52,165 bases of DNA from positions 529,762 through 581,926 of the forward strand of contig NW_008246105.1 in NCBI RefSeq assembly GCF_000281045.1, given 5' to 3'. This document shows positions 31,963-44,125 of the stretch, in pieces (position 1 is the first letter of the stretch; every line of letters begins with the position of its first letter). A program made the position numbers and the translations under genes. The notes below the pieces were generated by a model. It saw nothing but the letters and a program-made list of their open reading frames with translations, was not told the DNA's origin and ran no database searches. The stretch is from Saprolegnia diclina VS20 (Eukaryota).

Positions 31963-34263
31963 CTACACTACATCGTTCGCCGTGACGTGGTCGAGCCAAT
32001 GCAGGACCTCGTCCATGCTTGGCCGGTCGTCCGGCGCGTACGCGAGACAGCGCCGGGCGAGGTCGCGTATTGCTGGCGGGCAGCACTCGGAGAAGACGGG
32101 CGTGAGCTCGCCAGCGACGACGAGCATTGCGATACGCGTCTTGGCCACGTCGACGCTGACGCCAGTTCGGGGTACGAGCCGGGGCATGTTGGAGTACGGT
32201 ATTTCGAGCGTGTCGAGCTCCGAGAGGAAGACGCCGAGCGAGTAGACGTCGGCCTTGGCCGAGTAGCGGACGCCCTTGAGGACCTCGGGCGCGATCCAAG
32301 CCACCGTGCCGATCTCGGCGGTCATGGTCTCGTGCTCGGTCGCCTTTCGGGACGTGCCAAAGTCGGTGATTTTGGCAGCAAAGGCGTCGTTGAGGAGGAC
32401 ATTGCGGGCTTTGAGGTCGCGGTGGATGACGTCTTGGCCGTGCACGTACACCATGGCCGAGACGACGTCGTGCAGCACGCGGAGCTTGGAGAGTGGCAGC
32501 GACGCGTCAACCACGCGGCTCGGCTCAGGCGAGAGGTTCCACGAGAGAAGCCGCGTCTTCTGGTCCAACTCGAGGAGCGTCCAGAGGTCGCCGTGGGGCA
32601 TGAACTCTGAGACGCAGCTCAGCGTCGAGAGAACGCTCGAGCACGAAAAGCCGAGGCAGCGCACGATGTGCGGGTGCTGGAGCCGCAGACAGAGCCGGAT
32701 CTCGTCCATGAAGTCCTCGACCGCGTACTTGTCGTGCTTGAAGCGCTCGGGCAAAATGCGCTTGACGGCCACGGGCCGGACGCCGCCATTGACCTTAAGG
32801 TGGCCAAAGTACACAATGCCAAAGCCGCCGTGGGCCACGACCTGCAGCAGCGAGAGGTCGGTGTGCGGGATCACATGCTCTACTCATACTCACATCAATC
32901 AGCGCCATAGAGATCGCAGTACGGGCGTAGCGCGTGTCGAGGCGCAGGTCGTGGGGTACGTGCTCGTGAAAGTCCGAGCTGTCGTTGTAGTTGGTCTCGG
33001 CGCGCTCCGGGTGCAGCCACATTGTCTCCTTGATCGACCGCCGGCGCCGGTGCACGGTCCAGATGACGCCAAGGACGAGGCCCACGAGTGTGAGCGCGAT
33101 GAGCGCGATGGCGACATGCAGCAGCGTGTGGGACGGCGCTACAAAGATCGGCATCGGGGTCGCGTCGCCGTCCATTTTGGCGTCGAGCCAGTCGTCCTGC
33201 ACGAGGCACACGGTGTAGACGCCCCAGAGCGTCGCCGACGGTCCGCTTCTGCACGGGTCAACGGGCGGCGATGTCAGCGGCGTGGGCGGGCACCCGACGT
33301 TTTTGGTAAACTTCTGCAGCCGGTCAAACTGGGACCGCGTCGCCGAGAAGCGCGCCGGCGGGTTCTTTCCAAAGCACCTACAAAAGCATGAGCGGTGACT
33401 CAAGGACGGTAAGGTAATCGGACGCACAGGACGTCGAGGGGCTTGTAGAACATGGGGTAGAACTCGTCGAGCGGGTTCTCCATCAAGTAGAGCGCAGAGA
33501 TGTCGTCGGGCCACGACACGTTGCGGACGCTCGTGAGGTTGTTGAACGAGAGATCGCTAGAACGAAATGCGATAAGACAAATAAGACGCTGCAAGTCGTC
33601 GCGGACATGGCCGTGCCGTAGGCTATGTCGAGGCCTTCGACGGACGAGATAGCGTTGTGGCTCAGGTTGAGCAGCTGAAGCCCGTTGGGCAGCATGACGA
33701 CGCCGTCGAGGTCGTTCCCGAGGCGGTTGTGCGAGAGGTCGAGCGTCAAGAGAGACACGGGGAGGCGCGTCGTCGCCTCAGGCAGCCGCTCAACGTCGTT
33801 GAACGCCAGTCGCCTACGCATCGTGAGGCGCCATGGCTTTGTCAACGGACGCTACAGGTTGTGGAGGCTCGAGAGGCCCGAGAGGTTGCCGACCGATTCA
33901 ATGCGGTTGTGCGAGACGTCGAGGTCGGCGAGGACGAGCGGGAACCGGACGTTGTCGATGCTACGGAGGCTGTTGCGGCTCAGGTTTCTACGCATCGTCG
34001 GTGAGCTCGCCACTCTGCCGGCTTCTCTTCGCACAAGAGGACGGTCATGGCCTCGTGGCCGCACGCCGACGTGCGCAAGTTGACGCTCAGCCCCTCGAGG
34101 CTGGCTTGGGCGAGGTTCCTACGCGCGCCGATGGTCGAATGCAGTGGACGCTTCGGACGACGTACACTGTCACGGGGCCGCTGTCGGGGAGGCCCTCGAG
34201 CGCGCCATCGCGGATGCAGGCGCGGGCGCAGGTACTCGAGCCCGCGTCGGCGCAGTCGCTCAT
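31963..34263 (-). CDS. LRR receptor-like kinase (TKL group), copy 2; start codon uncertain
   Basis: LRRs (LDVSHNRIESV, LDLSHNRL, LNLSHNAISSV), TM helix VAIALIALTLVGLVLGVIW, and kinase motifs HGGFG, VAVKR, HRDLKARN, DFG and WIAPE. The first plausible ATG is at 34263. Confidence 0.83.
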
Positions 34264-34632
34264 TCCTCACTACCGAGTAATCTGCTGCCGTCGACGCTCT
34301 CGGTCCCACTCTGCAGCGCCAAATGGAGCGTGATTACACGGGCCACCTGGATGCGCGGTGGAGAAAAACGCGCGCGTTTGCTATCGTCGGGCCCGCGCGC
34401 GAGGACGCAGCCCATACAAACCGCAAGATGTGTACGGGCCTTTCCCCACCACGCATGATTTCGCTGCCTGTGGTGCCGTGTTGGTAATCCTGCGCCGGGC
34501 CGCGCTAGATTCGTCCCGTCGCTGATACTGGGATGACAGCTGGCATGACGCTGAAGACTCGTGCTGTCGACACCCGGTCGAGTGACAGACAATATTGGGC
34601 ACGAACCAGAGAGATTAAATAGTACAAACAAA

Positions 34633-37170
34633 CTAGAGGAGGAGCATGCGGAGCGACGCGTCGACGTCTTGGATCGACGGGCGGTGACGCGGGTCGTGCG
34701 TGAGGCAGCGCTGCGCCAGGTCGAGGAGGCCGAGGGGCATGCGGTGGGAGAAGGTCGGCTGCAGCTCGTTGGCCGCGACGAGGAGCGCGATGCGCGTCCG
34801 CAGCGTCGAGAGGTCGCCGTCGAGGTGGGCGTACGGCGGCTCGCGCGTGTCCATCTCGGCCAGGAGCACGCCGAGCGAGTAGACGTCGGCCTTGGCGTCG
34901 TAAAAGCAGCCTTTGAGCACCTCGGGCGCGATCCACGCCACCGTGCCGACGTCCGCCGTCATGGTGTAGTCGCCCGCCTCGCGCGCGACGCCAAAGTCGG
35001 TGAGCTTGGCGACATAGGCGTCGTTCAAGAGCACGTTCCGGGCCTTCACATCGCGGTGCAGCACGGGCGGGTCGAGCGTATGGAGGTAGTGCAGCCCCGA
35101 GACAATGTCGCAGAGAAACGAGAACTTGGTCGCATCCGCCTCGTCGTGGAGAGAGCCGTCGTCCGAGGCGAGCGTGCTCCGAGAGCTGCTGAGCGCACTC
35201 GGGTGGCGGCGCTTGAGCGGCTTCTCGGTGCTGGTCCACGGCACGTCGTTCTCGAGCAAAAAGTGCCAGAGGTCGCCCCGCTCCATGTACTCGGTGACGA
35301 TCGAGAGGTTGGCGAGCGTCGTCGACGTGAACCCGATGAAGCGCACAATGTGCGGGTGGAAGAGCCGCGCGCAGAGGCGGATCTCGTCCATAAAGTCGGC
35401 CACACACGCTGCGTCATCGAGGCGCGTCGACAACAACCGCTTCATCGCCACGTCCTCGTGCGCGTGCCAGGTCGCGGCAAAGACGACGCCAAAGCCGCCG
35501 CGCGCGAGCACCCGCGTCGGCGCGAGCTCGTCCGGTGGGATCCAGAACGGCGCGTAGATCGGGTCTTTGCGCACGTCGTTCACTACGGTCTCGATCGGCG
35601 GGAGGAGACCGCCGTCGCCGAGGTCGAGGAGCATGCGCAGCTTCCCTTGGTCCGCGTCCGCGCCGCGCTTCTTGTAGAAGCACACAAAGCTCCCGCCGAC
35701 GACGAGCAAGAGAAACCCAAACGACGAGAGGACAGCGAGCCACGTGGCTTGAGCGATGGGCGGCGGCGGTGGTACGTAAATCGCAGCGTACGAGTCGACC
35801 ACGCAGATCGGGACCTCACCCCACGCCCGCTTGACGCGGAAGCGCCCCGTGCACGCGTCGGACGTCGTCATGACCGAGACGAACGGCGTGACCGTCGAGC
35901 ACTCGTCGCTGGCAGGGCCCACGCTGCGCGGATGCGAGAGCTTCTCGAGGAGCGCAAACTGCGCCGGCGTCGCGTACAGCGCTGTGATGGGGTTGCCGCC
36001 GAGGCAGAGCAGCCGCGATTGGGGCGTGAGCGCCAGCTGCACACGCGTGATCTGGTTGTGCTGCAGGTCGCTATATACAACGACTGTGAGCTACGACGTC
36101 CTATCCGAGAGAGAGGAAGGCTAGTACAGGCGCTGAACTGAGGCTGGGAGCGTCGCTGGCATGTCCCGCAGCTGGTTGAGTGCAAGCGACCTAGGCTGCG
36201 ATGAGGTCAAGTGCAGAGACAGCGAACGTACAGCCTCGTGACGGTCGACGGCACGGCCATGATCGGGTACACGGTCAGGTTGAGCCGCTCGAGCGACACC
36301 TCGGTGAGATTGGGGAAGAGGGACGCGATCGGCGGCGGCGCCGCGAACGGGTTGCCGCTTACACTCCTACGCACGGTGGTGTCAGCGATTCGGTAAATCC
36401 GTAAGGACGCACAGGCTGCGGAGCGACGGCGCCGAGAAGCGCTCGAGGGTCGTCAGTCGGTTGTCGTCGAGGACCCTAGCCATCCATAAGCTGCGTCTAC
36501 AGTTGTCACGATACATACAGGGTATGCAGGCTCAATGGAAACGTGATGTTGGCCACCGACACGACCGAATTGTTGGTCAGATCCCTGTCAAGAGTGTCAG
36601 ATAGGAAGCGAAGACGAGGCGTACAATCGACGGGCGGCTACGAGAGACGCGTTGTTGCGGTCGAGGCGCGGGGCGAGTCGCTCGAGGCCGACGCTCTGCA
36701 CTCGCCTGCATCGACGACGTTAGCCCTCGCGATATGCAAACTGGTGGAGCGTACACATCGTAGAAGTTGCTTGGCAGCGACTCCAAGTACGCGATCGGCG
36801 GCGACTCGTGCCGCGGTAGGAGGCGCCCGGGCGACGCCAAGCCCGTGAGGCCAATGGCATCCGAGCCGGTCGTAGCGTTGTGCGCGTGGAGGTAGGTCAC
36901 GCCGTCGGGCAAGAGCACACACCAGAGGTTGCCCGAGCTGGCGTCTGGGATGGTACTGGCGACAGTGGCCGGGAGATCAAGCAGCGCAGCTGGGCAGTTG
37001 GCCGTGAGCATCGTCTGCGGCGTGCTCCACGTCGAGAGCACTTGCGGCGCCCGCGTGTAGAGGCACTCGGCTGCGAGCGCCGATGGCGGCTCGGCACTGA
37101 GATCGATGGGCGGCAGCGTCTCGAGCACCGCGTGCGCCGCGGCGACCAGCGCTAGTAGCCGGCGCAGCAT
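34633..37170 (-). CDS. LRR receptor-like kinase (TKL group), copy 3
   Basis: Signal peptide MLRRLLALVAAAHA, LRR exons, CLGGNPITALYAT cap, TM helix, and kinase motifs LARGGFG, VAMKR, HRDVKARN, DFG and WIAPE. Confidence 0.86.
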
Positions 37171-37382
37171 GGCCACAGTGCAAATGCAGACAGGCTGACA
37201 CGGCTGAGAAAGGCGGGTGCGCATACGTTCTTGCAGGTCCTCCGGATCATGTCTGGGAGGACCGGCGTGGCAGTCACAGCACGAGCAGTGGATGATGCAC
37301 CGGCAACGCGCCGCCTCTGCGCCATTTGCAGGCGCACGGTGTACTAGCAATGGTGTACTAGGACTGCAATACGATCTTATAT

Positions 37383-40012
37383 TCAAGGGTCGGTATAAAT
37401 AGTGGCGGCTTGGATCTGCTGGCAGTACGCCCACACGTCGCGACTCGTCGGGCGGTCGGTGGGCTCGTACGCCAAGCAGCGGCGGGCCACGTCGGCGATG
37501 CAGCGGGGCACGTCGGCCGAAAACGACGGACGGATCTCGCCCGAGACGACGAGCATCGCGATGCGCGCCTTGATCGCGCTCACGTTCCAGTTGCCGTGGG
37601 TCGTGTGGATCGCGTCCAAGTCGGCGTACGGAATCTCGAGCGTGTCGAGCTCCGAGAGGAGCACGCCGAGCGAGTAGATGTCGGCCTTCTCCGTGTAGTA
37701 GACGCCCTTGAGCACCTCGGGCGCGATCCACGCCACGGTCCCGATCTCGGCCGTCATGGTGTAGTCGCACGTCTCGCGCGCGACGCCAAAGTCGGTGAGC
37801 TTGGCCACAAACTCGGTGCTCAAGAGCACGTTCTTGGCCTTGAGGTCGCGGTGCACGAGCGGCGCCTCGCGCGTGTGGAGGTACCGAAGGCCCTCGACAA
37901 TGTCGCACAGAATCGAAAACTTGGAGATCGCCGGCGGCGGAGTCTGCGACGCCAGGACAAAAGGCGAGTACGGACGCAGCGGCACCGTCGCGTCCTTCTG
38001 CAGCTGCCACCCAACTGGCGCGGCGTTGAGGTTCTGCACGCGGAGCCACTGCCAGAGGTCGCCCCGCTCCATGTACTCGGTGACGATCGCCAGGTCCGCG
38101 AGTGTCGAGTACGTAAAGCCGTAGAAGCGGACAATGTTGTTGTGGCGAAGACGCGCGCTGAAGCGGATCTCGTCCATGAAGTCGTCCATGCATCGCACGT
38201 CGTCAGTCAAGCGACTCGGCAAGAGCCGCTTGAGCGCCACGGGCGTCGGCGACACGATGTCTGGTAGCGACGGCGTCGGCCGCAGCGTCGCGAGGTACAC
38301 GATGCCGAAGCCGCCGCGCGCCAAGATGCTTTGGCGCTCGATGTCGGCCTCGGGCAGCCGGTAGGCGGCGAACGCCGGATCCGACCGCACGTCGTTGTAC
38401 AAGAGCGACGGGTCGAGGCTGACGTCCATACCGAGCATGTCTTTTGCGTCCATCTCCAAGTCCATGCCTTCGTACCTACGCGCGTCATGAGCCGCCGCGT
38501 GGATGCATATGGACAGAAACCATTTCGGGGCCGGTCGCGGCCGGCGGAGAAACCGCAGCCAGAGCACAAGGAGCACAATCGCGATGACGCCGAGAAGCGC
38601 ACTCACGACGATGAGTGCGATCCCAACGCCCTTGGATGACGACGGCGATGTCACGAGACTCTCCAAGGCCGCGTCCAATATGCACACGGGGTACGTGTCC
38701 CAGAGGAGGCGCGTCGTGACATGCCCGGTGCACGACGAGTTGGTGGTCAGCGTCGTCAGCAGCGGCGACGCCTCCGAGCACCGAGACGCGTCGAGGCCGT
38801 CGGCTGTCGCCGTGCGCTGCGGCAGCGCCGAGAGGATTTCAAACTGGGCCGTTGTCGCATAAAAGGCCGAGATCGCGTTGCCGCCGAGGCAGAGCACCCG
38901 CAAGGCCGAAGTAAAGTTGGCGTAGACGGTCGTGATCCCAGCGTTCTGCACGTTCCTAACGAGCACCCGTGAGCCCCGCACGTCTCTCTCAACACGCTAC
39001 AAGTATCGCAGAGCTGGCGGCCAGGCGCGGGGCGACAGCTGCGAGAAGCGGTTCTTGGCGAGCGAGCTACGCGATGTGAGTACCTACTTCGTCGCCAGAC
39101 CACGTACATCTCTATTAGGCTGCTCGGTAGCGAGGACGGTATCTCGGTCCACTCCATCTCGTCTGCGACCAGGCGCCGCAGCTTCGGGAGCGCCAGAGCC
39201 ACTGCAGGTGTGATTGCACTTGGCGGCAGGGTCGGGTTGCCGCTCACCGACCTAGAGACACAGCTTGATCCACCAGCTTTATGTCAGCAGCAGCACGTAC
39301 AGCATCGCCAAGCGCGGCGCGGCGAGCCCGTCGATCGATGTGAGTTTGTTCTTGGCGAGAATTCTACCACGTGGCATGAGCAGGCGACCGACACGGGACA
39401 GGGCGGACAGCATCTGGAGGTTGAGCGGGAAGGCAACGCCGTCGACAGAATCAATCGAGTTGTTGGCGAGGTTCCTACGTCCGCACCGCGTGAGCTGGCC
39501 CACGCATGATGCAAGAGCACCGACAGGTAGCGCATGATCACGTTGGGCGACCACGGGCTGTCTGGGATCTTGTCCTGGACAAGCTTGGGGCCGAGCACTT
39601 CGAGGCCGAGGTTCGCGAGCGTCCTAGCCAGCACTTTCGATGCGATGAAGAATGGCCGCGGGACGTACAGCGTTGTGATGTTGGGCGGGACGTCGGCGAG
39701 GTGTAGCACGGGCGGCGTCGTGTACGCGCCGTTGGCCTGGCTTTGCAACACGACAGAGAGGTCTGCTGTCTCGTTGTGGGCGTTGAGGACGCGACCGGTT
39801 GGGGTGTAGATGCAAAAGTAGCTGTTGACAAGCGACAAGCCCATGTCTGGCGGCTCGTTCGCCTCGGCGGGTAGGAGACACGCATAGGGGCACCTGGCCG
39901 TGAGCGTCGTCACCGCCACGGCCATCGCGGGCACGCACCCTGGTCCGCGCTCGGCGTAGACGTACGCTGGCCGCGCGGCTTCGGTCACGGTCGCCTTCAC
40001 CTCGTCCGGCAT
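37383..40012 (-). CDS. LRR receptor-like kinase (TKL group), copy 4; start codon uncertain
   Basis: LRR exons (NLANNSIDSVDGVAFP), CLGGNAISAFYAT cap, TM helix, and kinase motifs LARGGFG, VALKR, HRDLKAKN, DFG and WIAPE. Confidence 0.85.
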
Positions 40013-40134
40013 GTCACGGGATGGTGGCCCAGAGCCAGTGTATCATACCCGGGTGCTTACTCTGTTTCCGACGCCCGCAACGTTGCGCCTATGCTTTTTC
40101 ACAGTGTATCGATTCTCGGAGGATGCTGAGCCCC

Positions 40135-41266
40135 ATGGCCGAGATCAACATTGATGATGAGCCGGGCGACGCGGCCAAGGCGAAGAACCGGCAGCGTCTG
40201 CGCGACTACCGGCGCCTGCAGAAGCGCCAGCACGCCTTCTTGACCCAGCGAGTGCGCGAGCTCGCGGCGGAGATGGCGACGCTCCGCAGCGCCAAGCCGC
40301 TGCCATGGCACGAGGTCGCCGCCGTCTTCCGCGACGACGCACACGACGCGCTTGCAACGCAACGGTCGCTGGCAGCGCAAATCGACCAGTGTGGCCACGC
40401 AGCCAGGATCCTCGAGGCGTGGGTCCGCGCCAGTGTCCCGGCAGCGCTGGTTCGCGGACCGTCCTTGTCCTCGCCTCATGCTTGCAGCGGTGTAGGCCTC
40501 GTTTCTGCCGCACCAGGCGCCGTGGACACAGCGCAGGCTTCTTGCGCCAGACGCGCTGCGTCTTCAGAGCCTATCGTGGGTCACAGACCGCCTCCTGCAC
40601 AACGCAGATGCGGTGCTGGGGTCGTGTCGGCGCCAAGAGCAAATGCGCGTGACGCTCCACGCCCTGAGCTACGACCAGACGTACGTCGTCATCCAGAGCC
40701 ATCGCATTGTTCCCGCGCCATTCGTCGACGCGGTCGCTGCGCAGCGGCGCATTTACTCGCACACGCCGGGAGGGAACTTCGTCGACCGCGAGGTAGACGC
40801 TTCTGGATGCTTCCGTTGATGTTTCCTGGACCGTAGCTTTTGCAAGCGTCGTTTGGCGGCGACATTGTGCACGAGCAAGTGGGCGATGTGCGGGTGTTGT
40901 ACCGGCACTACGTCAGCGAGCGGCGCGCGACCATGGTGGCGCTCAGCATCACGCACGACGACGCCTCGCCTGACCAGGCGCTCAGCCAGGAGCCGTCGTA
41001 CGGCTGGTACATCCCTGCCGCTCTGCGAAGCTCAAAGAAACGAGTGTAGGACCGAGCTGACGCCGGTGACGCAGACGACGACGCGCGTGCTCGACGTATG
41101 GCTCTTCCTCCTCAACACGCCCGCTAGCGAGAGCGGCGATAATGACGCATTGAGCCACCACGCGCGGTTTCTCCACGAGACTCGGGCGGCCTACGACGCC
41201 AACCTCGCCCACTGCAACGCCCTCTTCCTCCAAGAACTGCCCGTCGCCCACATACACGATGTATAG
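40135..41266 (+). CDS. bZIP-like basic/coiled-coil protein of an oomycete lineage-expanded family, multi-exon
   Basis: KAKNRQRLRDYRRLQKRQHAFLTQRVRELAAEM followed by LPWHEVA. After a GT-AG intron the frame reads PWTQRRLLAPDALRLQSLSWVTDRLLHN; later exons include LSITHDD and YGW. An alternative ATG lies at 40123. Confidence 0.6.
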
Positions 41267-41290
41267 GATGCAAGTAGAAGGTTTACCTAA

Positions 41291-43829
41291 TTAAATTTTG
41301 GCTTTCTTGGCCGGCGGCGCCAGCTCCTCGACGTCGTCCGCCAGCGCGGCCGGGAGCAGCTTTTGCATCGAGACGATCGTGAAGTCCACGAGGTACGACT
41401 TGCAGAGCATGCGGTCCATGCGCTGGTAGTGGCGCTCCGAGAACGCGATGAGCCCGTCGAGCGTCTTGGCCGCGTGCGGGATATTGGACCAGCGGCTCGG
41501 CGGCACGAGGCGCAGGAGGCTCGAGAGGAGCAGCTGTGCGACCGACGCGTGCTTGCTGTTGGTGTTCCAGTCGCGCAGCCACTCGAGCAGCTGGCCGAGG
41601 TTGGCGTCGTCGAGGCCGCGGACCACGTCGTCGTACACATGACCGTCCGACGCCGCCGCAATATCGGTGCCCTTGGGCCCTTCCTTGAGGTCGCGCAGGA
41701 TCGTCATGAGCCGGAACGGGTGCGCAATCTCAAACGCAATCTTGACGGCCTGGAGGTAGTCCTGGCTGCGGAGACAGTTGAAGAGCTCCTGCTCCTTGAG
41801 GAGCTTGGCGTCGCGGTCCGCAAGCGCCTTTTCCTCTTCGATTTCGGTGAAATCGTGCCAAATGTGGATCGTCGAGTCGGCGCCGCCCGTGATCATCTCG
41901 GACGAGTCCTTCGCGACCGCAAGCGCCCAGATCTTATCCGCGTGCTCGTCGAGCGTGTTTTCGCACTCGTTCGTCTTGATGGTCCAGAGCTTCACGATGC
42001 CATCGGCGCCCGCCGACACGAGCTGCATGCCGGCGCACACAAACTGCACGTTGAGCACCGACGCCGTGTGGCCCTCGAACGTCTTGAGGCACGAAAAGTC
42101 CTTGAGGCTCCAGAGCTTGACCGTCTTGTCGCTGCTCGCACTCGCCAAGCACTGGTCGACCGGCGAGAACTCGAGCGCCCACACGCCGCGCTTGTGGCCG
42201 CGGCACGTCCCGATCAGCGCCAAATTCGACGCGTTCCAAATCTTGATGAGTTTGTCCTGCGAGCCACTCGCAATGAAGCGGTCGTTGGGCGCGATCGCGA
42301 GCGCGTTCACGTCCTTCTCGTGGGCCTTGGTGGCCGCCATGGCCGAGAGCGACAACGTCGACGCGCCGCCGTCCGCGAGCACTGGGCCAAGGCTCCAGAG
42401 CTTCATCGTCTTGTCGGTCGAGCCCGTGACGAAGAACGCGCTGTGGTTGCTGTAGTGGTGCAGCTTTTGTGCGATCGCAATCGACCCGAGCGACTCGGCG
42501 CCGGCCACGCCGACCGCCACGCACGCGTGCGTGTGGAGGTCCCAGACGCGCGCCGTGCCGTCTTTCGAGGCCGACACGAGGTACTTGCCGTCCGGGCTCA
42601 CGGCGAGCGCCATCACAATGTCCGTGTGGCCCGAAAGAAGCTCGCACGAGAGCGTCTCGCGGTGCATGACGCGGATCTGCTCCGAGTTGGTCGCCGCGAC
42701 CACGTGCTCCGAGAGGCCGGCGCCGTCCGCCGTCGGCACAAACTTGAGCGCGAGGATGTCGTCGTTGAAGCCGATGATCTGGCGCGAGCGCACGAGGTCG
42801 GCGGCGCCAAAGAGCAAAAAGTTGTGCTCGGCCGTCACCGCAATCAGCTCGGACGAGTCTGCGTTCACGAGCAAGTCCGTGTACTTAACGCGCGCGTCCT
42901 CCTTGGCCTGCGTCGCGACGACGCTGCACGCCGCGCCGTTCGAGACCCAGCGCTTGAGCTGGCCCTTCTCACCCGCCGTGATGAACGTGATGCCCGACTC
43001 GGACGGCAGCACGACAAGGCCTGTCACGGGCTCGTGCGCCAGCACCGTCTGCAGCAGCTTTTGCTGGCGGAGGTCCCAAAAGTTGATGACCTTGTCGCGG
43101 CCCGAAGACAGAAGCGTGTAGCCATCTACAAAGAGCATGAGTCGACGTACGTTGGCAATGTGCTGGACGCACCGAGGGCAAAGGCCACGGTCGTCGCCGG
43201 GTTCATGTGGTCCTTGATGCACGCGACTTCCTTCTGCGCGTAGAGGTCCCACACGCGCACTATTCAGAGAGAGTTAAGACACGGACGTTGGAGCGCGTCG
43301 TACCCGTCGAGTCGTCGCTCGAGGACGCGACGAGGAGCTGCTTGGGGTCCCAATGAAACTTGACGAGCGTGACGATGCCCGTGTGCTTCTTGAAGCTGTG
43401 CGTGCAAAAGCCCTTCTCAATGTCAAACACCTTGACCGAGCGGTCGCTGCCGCCCGTGGCCACGAGCGTGCCGGTCGGGTCAAAGTCCATGCACAGGATC
43501 GGCGAGTCCGCCGTCTTGATCGTGCGCAGGCATGTCTTGGTGTCAATGTCCCAGAGGCGCAGGAGCGAGTTGCGGCTCGCGGTCACGAGCTGGCGGTGCT
43601 TGGGCCGCCACGCAAAGGTCACGATCGACTCCTTCTGCTCGTCCGGCACGTCGGCCTGCAACGCAAACTGGAGCTCGCCCGTGGCCGCGTCCACGATGGC
43701 CACGTCCTCTTGCAGCATGCAGGCGAGGAGGTCGCCCATGAGCTCGACCTTCCCGCCCGTGTAGATGCCGGCGTGCGTGCGCACGGGCGCCCACGTCTTG
43801 GTCACGGCGCTTCGCTTCGGCGCGTTCAT
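41291..43829 (-). CDS. UTP13: Transducin beta-like protein 3 / U3 snoRNP-associated Utp13 (WD40 repeats plus Utp13 C-terminal domain)
   Basis: IYTGGKV N-terminus, many WD40 repeats, QIIGFNDDIL, ATNSEQIR, AHEKDVNALAIAPNDRFIASGSQDK, GHKRGVW, RDWNTNSKH and ERHYQRMDR...SYLVDF. Confidence 0.93.
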
Positions 43830-44125
43830 GCTAAAATCCTTGGTCCCAACCGATTTGGCCTCGAACGAGCCACGGAACCAATCGAATCCAACGACTGGCA
43901 TCGCGGCCTCTGATTGGCCGACGACCGGCTTTTTAAATTTTTGCATCGATCTGACGATCTAAGATCGTAGTGCACGCGCCATCCCTCCGTGTCACGTACC
44001 TCGAAGTGTCCGACCGCCTCCTCTTAGCGTCGGTAGATAGTCCGAGTAGAGAGAAAGATGAACTGTATATTTGGACCCACAACTTCTGACAGCAACTCAT
44101 AGACACGGCGACGGGAGGGCGATGC

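Noticed and set aside
34561..36141. Long plus-strand ORFs over the kinase array, UTP13 and the disintegrin gene (also 29354-30664, 41363-43243, 44129-45742)
   Set aside because: The same antisense-shadow artefact over well-supported minus-strand genes.
36577..38193. 538-aa ORF that appears to fuse LRR-RK copy 4 to copy 3
   Set aside because: Its upstream part is an off-frame reading of the copy 4 kinase. Only the part from the ATG at 37170 (signal peptide) is protein-like.
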